Origin: Lepidodermella squamata
Taxonomy: Eukaryota > Animalia > Gastrotricha
DNA: 64,000 bases
NCBI GenBank assembly: GCA_047495785.1
Contig: JBLDXI010000024.1
Location: forward strand, 4,712,001-4,776,000
Direction of reading: 5' to 3'
A model generated the notes under the pieces. The model had not been told where the DNA came from. It was given only the letters and a program-made list of their open reading frames with translations, and ran no database searches. The position numbers and the translations under genes were made by a program. Numbering within the stretch: position 1 is the stretch's first letter; each line of letters starts with the position of its first letter. Shown piece after piece: positions 1-13,464 of the stretch.

Positions 1-77
1 AAAGTTGCCGCTGTCAGTACTTCAGTGTTTCAGCCGAAATTAAAGGTTTTTTCGCCGAGTTTCAGCAAGTTTCAGCC

Positions 78-634
78 ATGGAAAGCAAGGATGGCCAAGC
101 TCCGCCCCCGCCGCCGTATGCTGACAACAAGCAGCAGCCACAAATGACTTACTCCCAGGCTCCTCCAGCAGGGTACCCGCAACAGCCACAGCCTGCTGGA
201 TATCCTCAAGGGCAGCCTGCAGGATATCCCCAAGGACAACCCGCTGGATATCCCCAGGGGCAGCCTGTTCAGTACGCCCAGCCTCAAGGATACCCACCAG
301 GGACTCAATTCGTCCAGCCTGGGGGTCAACCAATGGTACAGGTGCAATACCAACCCGCGCCTACCGTAATTGTTACTGGAGGCACAACCATCTGCCCCCA
401 TTGCCATGCCTCAATCGTCCCGGCGATTCACGAGGAATTGACAGGCGGCGCTATTGCTTGCTCGATCCTGTTGTGCTTGTTGGGTGGCATGTAAGTTACG
501 ACTGAAAATTTCATTTGCCATTTTAATATATTGGTTTTGTCAGACTTTGTTTCTGGATTCCACTGGTCATGGACTCGTGCAAGGACAGACGCCAAGTTTG
601 CCCCAACTGCCACGTTACGATCGCACATTTCTAG
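78..634 (+). CDS. LITAF-domain protein 1 (exons 78-490, 544-634)
   Basis: PPPY motif and GYPQGQP repeats, then CPHC, a hydrophobic stretch and CPNC. A 53-nt GT-AG intron joins the exons in frame to give FWIPLVMDSCKDRRQVCPNC. AATAAA near 707. Confidence 0.9.
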
Positions 635-1846
635 AACAAAGCGTTGGGATGACTACCATTGCATCAAACTATAATATTTGATTTCGCTGAATATTCCGGC
701 TTTTAAAATAAATACATATAAAATGCACATGTAAAGAGACCATAAAGCCGTTGTAATTGCCACAAGTCGGTGAATTTTTCACTGTTCCCAGCTGTTGCGA
801 CATATACAAAGCGTTGAAATTACGGATTTCGTCAGGAAGAATACCTTGAATGAATAGAATATAATTTCTTATGCTCAGCTGTGAAAGAAACTCTGTCAGA
901 TTCCGTCCTATTTATTGCCCGCATTGCAACGAATGGATGGCACCTAGAAGGAAATTAGCACTGTTCGGTATTTTTTACCCTAGTATGTAACTTGAAGGTG
1001 GAATCTTACTGAACTTTTTTTAAATCAAGCCTGCTTTCGTTTTGCCAGTTGTTCTTCAAGCCAGAGCCGATTCTATTCCGAGAAATACGAATGTCCTAAG
1101 TGCAAAGGAGAGCTAATTATAATAAAAAATATTAAATAGAGCGTTCTAACCAAATAGAAATCCGAAAGAATGCTGGGCGAGGTAGATTTGGGGGAGAGTT
1201 CACGACAAACTAATGAAAATCCTATTATATCTAGTAATATCTAAACAGAGCGATATTAGCAAAAACCAGAGAAAAAGTCATTGTCAAGGATGTGATCGAA
1301 AGTGCGAAGTGAGTCGGAAAGTTTTCGAAGCGGTGATTCTGGCGGGCTCATTTTTCTAAAACAGGTAATTCTTTGGGCTCGGCTGACGCCAGTTGAAATT
1401 TGGCTCTTTTCGGGTCGTTCATTGTTGCGTAAGAAACTTCGCACTTCTCGAATTAATAGTAATTTGTATATTGCGGGCACAAATGCTGAAATTATCCGAA
1501 CAGCTGGAGCTGTACTTCACGATGCAAATAATTTATTCTATATCTCAGGCACTGACGGCTACAAAGATTTGGAATTCAGACACAGTACTGAACATCTTGT
1601 GATGCCATTCTCCTTTTCTACACACATGCGTAGCCGTGTTAATCCAGTTGAAATCAAACTAATCCAGAGGGCAAAGTACCGCTAGAGATGGTAGGGATCA
1701 ATCGGTCCGCAGGGTGCACTCAGTCAAAGACCAAAGGGGGAACCCATATGTCGATTTTCCTATCCCAACCAGTTCGGCTGTCCTACTTCGCTCTCTGAAT
1801 TAATTCTTCAATAAATAAATGAGTTTGCATCTATGAATTTATAGAT

Positions 1847-2328
1847 ATGTCTACCTACACTATAACAGTCCAAGAACATCAAAATGTCTCGCGTTCTCAA
1901 GGGCGTGTAAATCAAAGATATGGCTCCACTCGTGAACAACCGATCGATGTCCAACCGACTTCGGCTGGTTCCGGTGTAGTGGATGCGGATCAGCCGCCCC
2001 TGACGCTCTCAAACCGAGCAACGACCTGTCCGCACTGCAGAAGGAAAGTTATCCCGTTGGAAGTCGATGTCATCAGGGCTTCTAACAACTGCTGTTGCGG
2101 GTTCCTATTCGCAATTTGGATGTGAGGCTAAATTTCTTGATTATCATACAATTTTACGTGTATGCTTCAAGGTTGCTGTCTTGCCATCCCAACGCAATGG
2201 ACTCTTTCTGTTTTCAAAGGAAGAAGTGCCCGAATTGTAGCGGCACAATTCCAGCGGATTGGAGAGGGGATCGCAGCGGCTCTAATGTTGAAGTCATACC
2301 CCGCCCACAAACCGTCCAGCTCCGATAG
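1847..2328 (+). CDS. Divergent LITAF-domain protein 2 (exons 1847-2121, 2172-2328)
   Basis: CPHC and CPNC knuckles flank a hydrophobic segment. Intron at the same position and phase as paralog 1. No PPxY motif. Confidence 0.8.
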
Positions 2329-3135
2329 CAAAACAGAATGACTCAAGTCCACTAGTACAAAAACATTTCCGTCCTCAGAAATTCAGCATTTGAATTTTGA
2401 ATTCCATGAAAATTGAATGTCGGAAAATGTATGCTTGCATATATGTGTCAAAAATCCATATATTTTATTTTAACAGATTAGAGTAAAAAATTTAACTAGG
2501 AATAATAATCGCTGATTTTGTGAGCATTTCCGTAAAATCAATCCTCGAAAGAATGAAAAAAACAACGTAGCATTGCAAATGGCAAATCACGGAACGTTTT
2601 TGTTCGAAATATCTCCATCTTCCAAACTATCAACGCCTATATTCAACGCACGTCCGTCTGAAGAATGAAGTAAGCTACTAACAAACCTGCTGATAAACCT
2701 GGAGAAAATTGCTGCTCATTCCTGTACATTTTCCATAGAAGATAGTCGTTATCTGGGCTTTAGACCGTTTCCGCATGTATTATGCTGGAAGCTGCCAGTC
2801 TAAACATGCTAATATTGGTATTTCCGATTTCGCTTCATCTTGTGTCACTTTCTACGCCGGTATGATTTCTTTCATCTCTTGGGTTGCTACAACTCGATCA
2901 CTTAGACTTTCAATGAACGGAAAATAATGAAGAGAAGATTATGCCTTCTCCGCATAACCTCCGGTTTGACAACAATTTGGTGACTAATGGTTGAACGAGC
3001 TATTGAGCTTTTTATACGCTAACTTGTTACGTATAAGTTTGCCAGGTAATTACTCACCTTTTTTAGAGTTTTTCTATCCGCACCTTATATGCAAGCTCGT
3101 TTGGCCCGAACAGTCACATTTTCAAGCTCTCATTC

Positions 3136-3528
3136 ATGCAGCAACAAGAGAAGCAGCATTATTGCGAACCCCCTCCTGCATATCAGGAGCCAGTCAGTGT
3201 CCAATCTGCATATCAGGAGCCAGTCAGGATCCTACCTGCACCAGTGCAACCGAATGTTGTTATTGCGACGACTGGAGCCACTGTGTGCCCCCATTGCCAA
3301 ATAACAGTGGTTCCCTTGGAGGATAGAAGCCTAGGAGGATGTGGTATAGCTAGCGTTATCCTTTTATGCCTAGTATGCACGTAAGTAAATGGAATGAGTA
3401 ACCGTTTGAAATGGCTGAAAGATTTAGCCTAATACGTATATAGGTTGCTTATGTGGATACCTTTTGTTATGGACAGCTGCTATGATATTAGAAAAGTATG
3501 TCCACGATGCCGTCGAACCATTGCTTAG
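3136..3528 (+). CDS. LITAF-domain protein 3 (exons 3136-3380, 3444-3528)
   Basis: PPAY motif, CPHC, then MWIPFVMDSCYDIRKVCPRC after splicing the GT-AG intron. Confidence 0.88.
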
Positions 3529-4477
3529 GGCGAAAATATCGGCTCACGGCAATTGTATCATTGAGCCGAACCGCATCTAACATCATAAGTGTTGATAATT
3601 TTTATTTTGGTTCTAGATCATTCAAGATTGATGTAAATAAACTGTACATTCAGGCTCGTTCTGCGAATTCTTCAGGCTTACGAAGAACCGATAGCAATTA
3701 AAGGTTGATTTAGATATTTATTGCGTGAATCTGTTTTTTTTGTCTCTATTGCGTGTTCCGCAAGAGATCAGCACAACTGTTGCAGTCATACCCCGCCAAC
3801 AGACCGTCCAGCCGCGATAGTGGCTTTCTTACACTGGTCCGAAAACTCTAAAGCATGAAGTGGTACGTATACGTCAACAAAGAATGCAGCTTTTGAATTT
3901 TGAATTTCTTGAAAATTGAAAGGCGAAAAACGGCTTACCTGTCACTCGAGAGTAGTAATAGACCTTACATCAGGATAAAAATAGAAATCCTGAACATTTT
4001 CCATTAAAAAAAGGCATTTCTCACGACTTAACTATGATCGTTTTCCCATTGATTATGTTGGAACCCCGCAATCGAGTGACCCCCCACTTCGACTTGATCC
4101 ACTGATTCGTGTTGCCTTATTACTTCCGTTTTGAAAGGTGCCTCGTAAATTAGGTATACTTTTGAGATTTCCGATTTCGAATCCTCGTGAGTCACTTTCT
4201 ACGCCAGTATGATATATTTCATTTCTTGGTTACAACCTACGCGCGGAAACCTCTCATCAACGGAAACGATTGAAAAGAGAATCATGCTTCTCCGCAAAAC
4301 CTCCCGTTTGACAAAACTTGATGAATAATGGTTGAATGAGCTTTGTGAGCTTTTATAACTTAACCTGTCACGTATAAGTGTGGCAGGCAATGATTCACCT
4401 GTTTCAAAGCTTTTCTATACGCACCTCAACATGCAAGCTCGTTATGCCAGAACAGTTACATTTCCAAGCTTTAATTC

Positions 4478-4890
4478 ATGCAGCAACAGCAACAGCAGTA
4501 TTACTACGAACCCCCTCCTGCTTATCAGGAGCCAGTTAGGATCCAAGCTGCATATCAAGAGCCAGTCAGGATTCAACCTGCTCCAGTTCAAGTGCACTGC
4601 GTCACACAGCCGAATGTTATTGTTTTGACGACTGGTGCCACTGTATGTCCGTATTGCCAGACAACAGTGGTTCCTTTGCAGGATAGAAGCCTGGGAGGAT
4701 GTGGTATAGCCAGCGTTATCCTTTTATGTCTATTTTGCACGTAAGTAAATGAAATGAGTATTAACAGAAGACATGTTTTATCTCAATACTTGTTTACTAC
4801 AATAGGTTGCTTATGTGGATTCCTTTTGTTATGGATAGCTGCTACGACCAAAGAAGAGTATGTCCACGATGCCGTCGAACCATTGCTTAA
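4478..4890 (+). CDS. LITAF-domain protein 4, recent duplicate of protein 3 (exons 4478-4740, 4806-4890)
   Basis: PPAY, CPYC and CPRC. High nucleotide similarity to 3136-3528, including the flanks. Confidence 0.88.
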
Positions 4891-5335
4891 GGTTAAAAAT
4901 GTCGACTCGCGATATTAGTATTCATCGAGCCGAATCATCTAACATCATAAGTGTTGATAATTTCTATTTCGGTACTGGATCATTTAAGATTGATGTAAAT
5001 AAACTATTAATTCAGGCTCGTTCGGCAAGTTTTTCATCCCCTACGAAGAACCGATAGCAATTAAAGGTTCATTTTAATGTTTTTTTTTGCTCTAATCGGT
5101 TCTATCATTCCCGCTATTGCAAGTTCCGAAAGAGACGAGCGTATTTACTGCCGAGGAACAATTACATCTCCTTGAAAAAAATATTTCAATTTACAAAGCA
5201 GATCCAGTCGAATGCCGATTTGTTTGAAGTAATTTGAAGAGTATGCATCTAGTTATATATCATCGAAATATTTTTTAATCAGTCTTTTCCTGCATGCTCG
5301 AAACATTTCCTGTTCAAGAAGTATAGGATGCAAGC

Positions 5336-6199
5336 CATAGACAACACTGTAACAAGTAGGACGCAAACGATCTTCCTATAGTGAATTAATTCGAGCTGTT
5401 ATTGCAAAGAGTGCGGCACGCGACCACTTTTTATGCCACTCAACGCCCTATCCACCCATTATAATTTTAATTAGTTTCAAAAATCGACCGACCGAATAGT
5501 CCCTTTTCTAATTTTTTAAGTTTCGGTAGATAAATACTAGATTTCAGGGTCTATCGAATGAGCCCAGGTACACCTTGTAGGCTCGCATGGTTATTTTTCT
5601 AGAATTTAGTGAAAATAGCTATTTTTGCTGGTTTTCGGCAAATCTGCCATTCTTCTGCCACGGTTGGCTCTTCCGGAAAATGTTTGAAAATTGTAGAAAA
5701 ATTAGTTTATCCATATTGAGACTTTTCTCTATCCAACGATATAAAATTTGTGCGGTAATTAATTGATTTTGGTTTTCCGATTTCCGATTTTCCGATATTT
5801 TTTGGCTTGAATAACGATTTTTCGCTGCGAACAACTCTGAAAAAAGCAACGCGGCGAGAGAATCCAAAGTCCAAGTTGCATGAAAAGAAATCGTTATTGA
5901 AGCCAAAAAATATCGGAAAACCAAAATCAATTAATTACCGCACAAATTTTATATCGTTGGATAGAGAAAAGTCTCAATATGGATAAACTAATTTTTCTAC
6001 AATTTTCAAACATTTTAAATTAACTATAATGGGTGGACCAACCCATTTAAACTAATTAAACTAATTAAAATTATAATGGGTGGATAGGGCGTTGAGTGGC
6101 ATAAAAAGTGGTCGCGTGCCGCACTCTTTGCAATAACAGCTCGAATAAATTCACTATAGGAAGATCGTTTGCGTCCTATCTGTTACAGTGTTGTCTATG
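5336..6199. mobile_element. Non-autonomous foldback DNA transposon (P- or hAT-like MITE)
   Basis: About 140-bp terminal inverted repeats CATAGACAACACTGTAACA...TGTTACAGTGTTGTCTATG. Flanking 8-mer ATGCAAGC/ATGCAAGT (TSD, 7/8 match). A second internal inverted repeat at about 5677-5781 and 5912-6016. Confidence 0.85.
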
Positions 6200-6864
6200 A
6201 TGCAAGTTTGGAGAAAACAGAATGAAAAAATAAACAATTAATTAACCATTGGAACATCAAGTCTTTTGAATTTCCGAGTTTTTTAGATTCACAACATCGG
6301 GGCTTGGGCCAATGTCCGATGAAGCTAACATGAGACAGAATTAATTAGCTCACTTTTCCATAATTAATGACCAGGAATGATGCGCATACGCAGATCGATT
6401 TCACATTAATTATACAACGAGATAAGACTTATTCGCATTCATAAGGAGGGCGAAATCAGGTTAACATTGCCGTGGCTTCTCGCAGAGACTGCTCGCACGA
6501 TCAATCAGCCTATAACGTAATCCTATCGCACTATGTTTGAGCTGTGAGCTTAATACCCAGATGAACGGTTTCTACTAATTTCGGACACATTTTGAAGTGA
6601 TTTGCCCTAGTATAAATTGTTGACAGGCCTATAATAGCAGGCGCAGAAGTAGCATTTAATATTATCCGCGCAATGTCGCAGCCATTAATTTTCCTAATAA
6701 TATTGCTTATGACCCCTTAGACTTCCTAAATTATAGAATAAATCTCAAGAGACCCTCTGATCACGCACTCAAGTCGCAGAACGGAATGTAGAAGTGTAAT
6801 CGATAGAACTAAATTTCTTGGTCAAAAATATCAACCTCAACCCTTAGTTTCTCAGTCCTAAAAA

Positions 6865-8409
6865 ATGGCAATGCATATCTTACTAATCATTACATTGGCT
6901 GCGCTTTCCAAGGCCAGCCCGCCAGACCCAACTTACGTGCCGCCAGCGGATGAGATTTTGAGATGGTTAATTGACAAATGCTCCCTGCAGTCCAAGGCGA
7001 GACCTGCTGCGTCATTCCAAGAGACTGTCCGGGTATCAATGACCCTGCTAGCCTTTGGCTTTCGAGGAATTGAAGGGGAATTGTAAGCTTTGAGATCATT
7101 ATTCTCAGTTGCGCTTGAATGTTTTCGCAGTGTGTCTTTCGTTGGACAGATAAACATGGCCTGGAATCATCCATGCGTCACGTGGAACGAAAGTTATCCG
7201 TTCGAAAACTCGGTCGAATCCATCGAAGATTGGATGTACAACTACTGGAACCCAAATTTCTTGTTCATTAACGCGGCGGATGATGCGGAATTTATCATGG
7301 ATATGACCAAGCGAACAACTGTGGTTATCAGGCGAAGTGGCGCCTTCGAATGGAATATCTACAAGAAATTCGAATTCAAATGTACTATGAAGTAAGTTGA
7401 CTTCTTTCTTAGAATGGCAACGTAGCCGTCAGAGTTACTGAACTTCTCGTAAGCTCTAAATAAATGTCAGGGTATGGACAGTTCATTTTAGGACCTGGCA
7501 ACGTATCTCAATGACCTTGTCAACTCAGGTACTGAAGTTCCCTTAACCCTTATTCAAAAAATTACATTTTAATTCAGGCAGGTGTACTAGCATTCTAACA
7601 GAAGGAAACAAATATTTAAGCCAGTTTTCAGCTTTCAGATCCCATTCTCCGTTTTTCTCGATGCTGTTACTTATGAAACCCAGAAATTAATTCATCAGTA
7701 TTTTTCATATGAAATAGTAATCTAGCGTCTACTTTACAGTTTCCGGACTTTCCCGTTTGACACTCAGAACTGCACTCTTCACGTTGAGGGCTGGCGTGAA
7801 AAGGGTTACATGGTTTTTCTGGACAATGACCCATCGCAGGCCATCCAACTCGAGCCTGTAAAATTTATCGAAAAGAACAGCCTATGGACATTGCAATCGT
7901 ATAACGCCTCCATTTACAACGTTACTTACGCCGGCCTACCGTTATCTTACGACCACATAACTTTTTCTTTTTTCTTCAAACGACAGTATCAGGTCTATGT
8001 CACTTCAATTTTCTTGCCATCTTTCGGGCTAATGATTCTGCAACTTGGTTCAGGATTTGTACCGCCGAGGGAACCGGAAAGATCTTCAATTGCGTTGACC
8101 ATTGTCTTGGCTTTCGCGGTCCTGGAAAGTTCGATCGATGATGATCTACCAAAAAGTGCTGAAGTTCCTCTGATCACAATTTTTCTCGCTTTCCAGCTAG
8201 CGGCTAGCTTGATGTGTTCACTCTACTGTCTGGCAACGTGCCAGCTCGCCCGAGTTGAATTGTTCAAACGGAACATCCCAATCAGATGCTTCATTAACTT
8301 CAAAAACGGAATCTCAGCCATTCGACTGTTGGATCTTGTGTTCTTCGGAGCTATGTCTACATTGGTTCTAGTAGTTGATACTATCTTTATTGTACTAATG
8401 CATCAGTAA
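6865..8409 (+). CDS. Cys-loop ligand-gated ion channel subunit, nAChR-like non-alpha (exons 6865-7082, 7131-7391, 7740-8409)
   Basis: Signal peptide, RP motif and WNPNF. The spliced Cys-loop reads CTMNFRTFPFDTQNC. Four TM segments, with PER before M2 and LPKS in the M2-M3 loop. Confidence 0.88.
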
Positions 8410-8730
8410 CGTGTGATGAACTCGTATAAGCTTTCAAAAATGAAAAGAAATATATGGTTTTTCCATTTTTTCTCAGCAGTAAACTGTTAACAACGCGTTT
8501 TTTTCGGTTGTTTGTTTGACAAGTGCCTTATAGTTAGGGCGCATATATCCAGGCTGTATGAAGTGCCCGAAAACAAGCACGACGCAATAAAAAAATTAGC
8601 GAACAATTGCGAGCGCTGGATTTTTTTCTCGCACGGCAAAACAAATGATAATGCCACTCATCACATTTTGAGCGTAAACAAAAATTTAACACATACTAAA
8701 TTTCATTAAGCTTTCAATTTTAATGCAGCA

Positions 8731-9789
8731 ATGTTACAAGTTATTATTTTGCTACTATCGGTATACTTCGATCTCGTGAAATCTGAGGGAGTTGGCTGCC
8801 GATTGCCTTACATCGATGGTGGTTACATGTTGGACCCACACGAGCGCTACCTAGCTCCGAATTCAAAAGTCCTTTCCTGGACAAGGGTTACGCTTGTTTG
8901 CTCGAAGGACCGTTTCTTCCACGCAGTTTGCGGGCATGATGGCACGTTCGTGCCAAATTTTGAGCCGTGTAAGGCTGCGCAAGCTGTTAAGGTTAAATCA
9001 GCCTCTACGCCTCAATGCACATTACCTGAAGTCGAAAATGCCAAATTTACACTAGCTGGGCGGCAAGTTGCAGCTGGTACTAATTACCCTCCAGGAGCGG
9101 TTTTATACCTGAATTGCAATCCGAATTTTGAGGGGAGTGGGCAGGCCATATGTTTGAGTAATGGCACTTGGTCTCAACTTGGAACCTGCAAACCGGAACC
9201 TACAAGTTGCAATCCGCCTGTTCCTGAAGTCGAGAACGGAGAAGCAACTGGGCTGGTCGGGAACAACTCGATAGGCTCTTTATTGACAATTGTTTGCAAC
9301 GAGAATCATTTCGTAATTGGCGCCCCGTTTTCTTTATGTCAAAACAACGGACGTTGGTCTGAGCCGGGGAAGTGTGTTACTGTCACTGAAAAGGGTCCAG
9401 TAGTTGTTGAGGATGACTCCCAGGGTGCAATCGCAGCTTCAGCTGATCAACCTCCTCCTCTTTTCATACAAATCCTGAACGATCCTTTACCCCAAGCCCC
9501 TCAAAATAACCCAATAATGCAAATTCAGGAGGATCCTGTTCAGCCTCCAGATATTCTCAAGAAAGAGGATTCAGTGATAGTGAAAGCTGCAATGGAACCT
9601 GGTGGTATGGATGCTCCCGCTAGGTTCATAGTTGTCGAGAAGCCGCCGCCGAAGGAAGAGGAAATCTATTCGCAAACTTGGTTCGCAGCTCTAGCTGGCA
9701 TAGGCGCAGTCGTTGTAGCGTGCGTGGCCATCGTTATTCTAAGCCTTTTGGTTTGCCTATGCATCAACATGAACAGACCTCTTTATTGA
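8731..9789 (+). CDS. Type I membrane protein with 3 sushi/CCP domains
   Basis: Single-exon ORF with a signal peptide, three C-P..C..C..W..C modules, a Pro/Gln stalk and a C-terminal TM helix. Confidence 0.85.
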   Translation: MLQVIILLLSVYFDLVKSEGVGCRLPYIDGGYMLDPHERYLAPNSKVLSWTRVTLVCSKDRFFHAVCGHDGTFVPNFEPCKAAQAVKVKSASTPQCTLPEVENAKFTLAGRQVAAGTNYPPGAVLYLNCNPNFEGSGQAICLSNGTWSQLGTCKPEPTSCNPPVPEVENGEATGLVGNNSIGSLLTIVCNENHFVIGAPFSLCQNNGRWSEPGKCVTVTEKGPVVVEDDSQGAIAASADQPPPLFIQILNDPLPQAPQNNPIMQIQEDPVQPPDILKKEDSVIVKAAMEPGGMDAPARFIVVEKPPPKEEEIYSQTWFAALAGIGAVVVACVAIVILSLLVCLCINMNRPLY

Positions 9790-9896
9790 AAAAAACTAGC
9801 CGCACGCATATCTTTTAATACTCGTCACTCTCGCCTATTCTCGCTCATTGTAAACTACAAGAACTTTTCGCATCCGTTTATTCATTGTTATGTAAA

Positions 9897-10888
9897 ATGT
9901 TGACTCCGGTGATTGAAATCGCGGTTTCGCTTATGATTTTTGTGGTAACGGTTGCGTCCAAGCCATGTCCAGTTCCTGGCCGAGCTTCCGGAACCTTTTG
10001 GGTCGATTCTAAACCAGTAGTTGCTAATGATCCAATCGCCGTTGGGAAAACGCTGACTCTGGAGTGTGCTGATCCGAAATTCCTTTCCTTAGAGGACGGT
10101 CCATCAGAGGTGATTGTCAACGCAAATAGTAATAAAGTTAATTGTTCCTTTAACTAATTCAGGTAAGATGCCGCAGCACAGGACTGTGGAGCCAAGAACT
10201 CGGATTCTGTCGCGAGACTCCTCCCACGAGGTCCACAAGACGTACTACACCAAGGCGCCGAATAACTACGACCACCGAGGAAACTCCAGAACCAGACCTA
10301 GAGGTAGAGGAGGAAACCACAACACGAGCATCGAAGAGAACAACAACACCATCCGGTCCAAGCCCCGGCAATTGCGGTTCGCCTCCCGAGGTCGAAAACG
10401 GCGAGCTAGTGGATAACACAACTGAGACCGGGTCGACCGCAACCCGCTCAGTTCGCTACGTCAAATGCATGGATGGATACGTTTTGGCTGGGAATCCCAG
10501 GATTGTATGCTTGGCAAGCGGTCGATGGACGAATGCGCCAAAATGCTCGCCTGCGTCTACAGATGAAACGTAATTGACTGCCAATCTATTACTTCGTCTT
10601 ATTCATCGATATTTTTCTTTTGTTTGCGTTAGTACGGCACCTCCTTCAGAAGGAGAAACTCCAGCAGATGGGGGTCCTGATGCGCCTCCAGGCGAGACCC
10701 CTGCTCCGGAAGCCCAGACCGATGAGACTTTCGCAACCAATGCTAACGGTCAAAGGAGGACGACCCTTCCAATCCTAATAATGACGACCAAAAAAATCTT
10801 AACGCCAAATTATGGCCGAGCAGCTGCAATGAATGCCCCAATGGCCCTGACAGCGTTCGCTTATATCACAACTCGTTTGATGTGGTAA
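9897..10888 (+). CDS. Sushi/CCP (2 domains) plus mucin protein, possibly GPI-anchored (introns about 10110-10162 and 10570-10632)
   Basis: Spliced product: signal peptide, CPVPGRA..C..CRSTGLWSQELGFC, Thr-rich linker, CGSPPEVENG..CMDGY..CLASGRW..C, hydrophobic tail. Confidence 0.78.
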
Positions 10889-11070
10889 AAGCCTTCGTTA
10901 ATAAGTTTATCATTTCTAAATAAAACGCCATTTATGAAAAACAGCTGCTGGTTTTTTTCTTGCTTTTCTTGATCTTTTGTTTGGTCAGTGGGAGCGGATT
11001 AAACGACGCCCTATGTTCGTATCGTGGTGCCGTGCCATTCGTTAGAACGAGAAAATTTTAGTTTTTTTAC

Positions 11071-11466
11071 ATGTATAACCTTATGCTCTTGCCACGTCTG
11101 ATTTCAGCTTTCAGCCTCGTTACAGTGGTCGAATCAGCCCTTGCTGATCTTTTCGAGCCAGGGGTTGGTTTCAGCAATCAGTTTTCAGTTGATTTTATTA
11201 TTCATTTTTCCAGACGGTTTATTGCTACGTGCCACGTCGCCAAAATGCGATAATCTACGTTAACGATGTTCCGTCGACGCCAGACACTCCCGTTACGCCT
11301 TACTCCCGTTTGAGGGTCGAGTGCCCTGAAGTGGGGTACATTCTTGACGGCTCCATTGTAGCTCGTTGCGGTCTCGATGGGCAACTCAGCGCTAATTTGG
11401 GAAATTGCCTACGACTGCAGTCCTACAGGACGATGCGGACGAATCCAACTACAACAACAACGACTG

Positions 11467-11500
<34 letters not shown>

Positions 11501-11955
11501 AACCACTACTACAGCGACTGATACTACTACTAAAAAAGGTATCAAAATATTTCAACAAATGTTCACGCTTAATGATTTTTCTCATTTGACAGCTAGACGA
11601 ACGACAAGACGAACAGCAACTCGATCGACCAGTAGAATGAGGACCTTGCGAATCACTGCTAGAACCCCTGCAAGGACTACAACAACTACTACGGCTTCAC
11701 GGCCAACCACTTCTGAAGCAACGTGTGAGAAATAGTTAATTTTTTGTTCATATTTTGATTTTTTCCAAATTTTTTATAGTGATGAGATGGACAACAACTT
11801 TATGGAACTTATTTGAAACTGACCCAACAACGCAAGCGGTCGTGGCGCCGAAACGAGTTCCCAACAATATAGTTACCTCAAAAGCCTCAAGTTTAACATT
11901 AAAATTATCAATTTATTGTCTAAGCGTTGTAGTCAAATTAGCTTACGAAATGTAA
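11071..11955 (+). CDS. Single sushi domain plus poly-Thr mucin protein, likely GPI-anchored (several short introns)
   Basis: Signal peptide exon, CYVPRRQN..CPEVGY..CGLDG..C module, (ACT)n-encoded Thr run and hydrophobic C-terminus. Intron boundaries are approximate. Confidence 0.7.
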
Positions 11956-12272
11956 ATAGGAAGATACTTTATCTAATAAAATTCTAAAGCGGAATTCCCG
12001 TTTTCTTCTAACTGACATCTTTCTGACTATTTTTTGCGTAAAGATGCAAAAAATTAAGCGTAACCTAAGAACATGAGGCTACTTTTTCATCTAACATTTT
12101 TTCAACGAAAAGCCGCCTCCAATATGAATGCATGCGCAGTTGAAGCCGGCGGCGTTGAATGGCTATAACTGATGCAGCATTACGTATTTAACACGGATAC
12201 ATCCGTTTTCAGTGGTGACGTTTCGTGGGCACTATTTTTATTACATTTTTATCACGGAAAACCGGTTTATTT

Positions 12273-13464
12273 ATGATTCACCTGATTTTCCTCTGCCTGG
12301 CAGGGGTGTGGCGATCTCATCACTTGGCAAGCGGCCAACAATTGGTAAGCTATTTATATCTCCCCAAATGGCATCGAATTCTAATAAACACATATTCTTC
12401 CCTAGTCTGCCAATTGCGTTGTCCCAGGAAGGGCAAATGCTGTGTTCACTATTTCAGGCCAGTCAGTAGTTGCAAATGACCCCGTACCAGCAAACGCTAC
12501 ATTGCGTCTCTCATGCAACTCTGGCTTCGAATTATCAGGTTACGTTTCAGCTCGATGCGGGATAGATGGAAATTTCTCACGAGAGCTTGGAGCATGTATA
12601 GGAAACTCTGAATCAACAACAGAACCCCCAGACCCGGCGGAAAATTCTATCAATAGAAACGGATGTATATTCGACCAAGGTCGGTCGAACGCAGTTTTCA
12701 CGGTCGGTGGCCGAAAAATTGTTCCTGGAGACCGGATAGGAACCGGTGAATTCGTGACAATGGGCTGCAAAACCGGTTTCACTCTGAAAAATGGTGATTC
12801 TACGTCAAAATGCCAGCGAGACGGGACGCTAGATTCTGTTCTTGGGGTTTGCCAAGCAGCAAGTACAACAAGATCGACCACCCGTAGGACAACCACGACA
12901 ACAAAGACTACAACGACAACTGACAGTTCGCAAAATCGACGCCAATCGGTTGATTGCGGGGAGCCGGCCGAAGTACCAGATGGGAAGTTGACCGAGGAAG
13001 AAACAGGTTCGCAGCTTGGATCTCGAAGAAGCGTCGTATGCAACGACGGCTTCGAGCTGAAAGGGTCTCGGCGAATCTTCTGCCAGGCCAGTGGTACTTG
13101 GACATCACCTGGAACATGCGAAGCTGCAGCCGGCCAGACCGTAGAACCAACCACTGAATCTACAGCCAAAACTAGAACTACAACAACTCGACCTAGACCC
13201 TCGCGAAGCACTACAACAGTTCAAGTTACTGATCCAAACGATGATTACCCGGTTCCAACTGAGAAGCCAGGTTCAACCCAGATTCCTACTTTCACATTTC
13301 CTCGGCCGTCGCCCGAGCCAAGAGTTATCACCGAAGCGCCCCCAGATCCCGGCCCTGGAATAGCCGGCGCGATCGTCGGAATAATACTGGCAATAGGCCT
13401 CTCAATTTTAATGCTATGGCTTTGCGGTGGGCTGAATGCTTGTGGATGCATGAAACCTTGCTAA
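12273..13464 (+). CDS. Type I membrane protein with 3 sushi/CCP domains and mucin linkers
   Basis: Signal exon MIHLIFLCLAG spliced to CVVPGRANA. Three CCP modules and a TM segment IAGAIVGIILAIGLSILMLWL. Confidence 0.83.

Noticed and set aside
1302-1685. 127-aa ORF between the LITAF genes
   Set aside because: GTG start and no recognisable domain or splice context.
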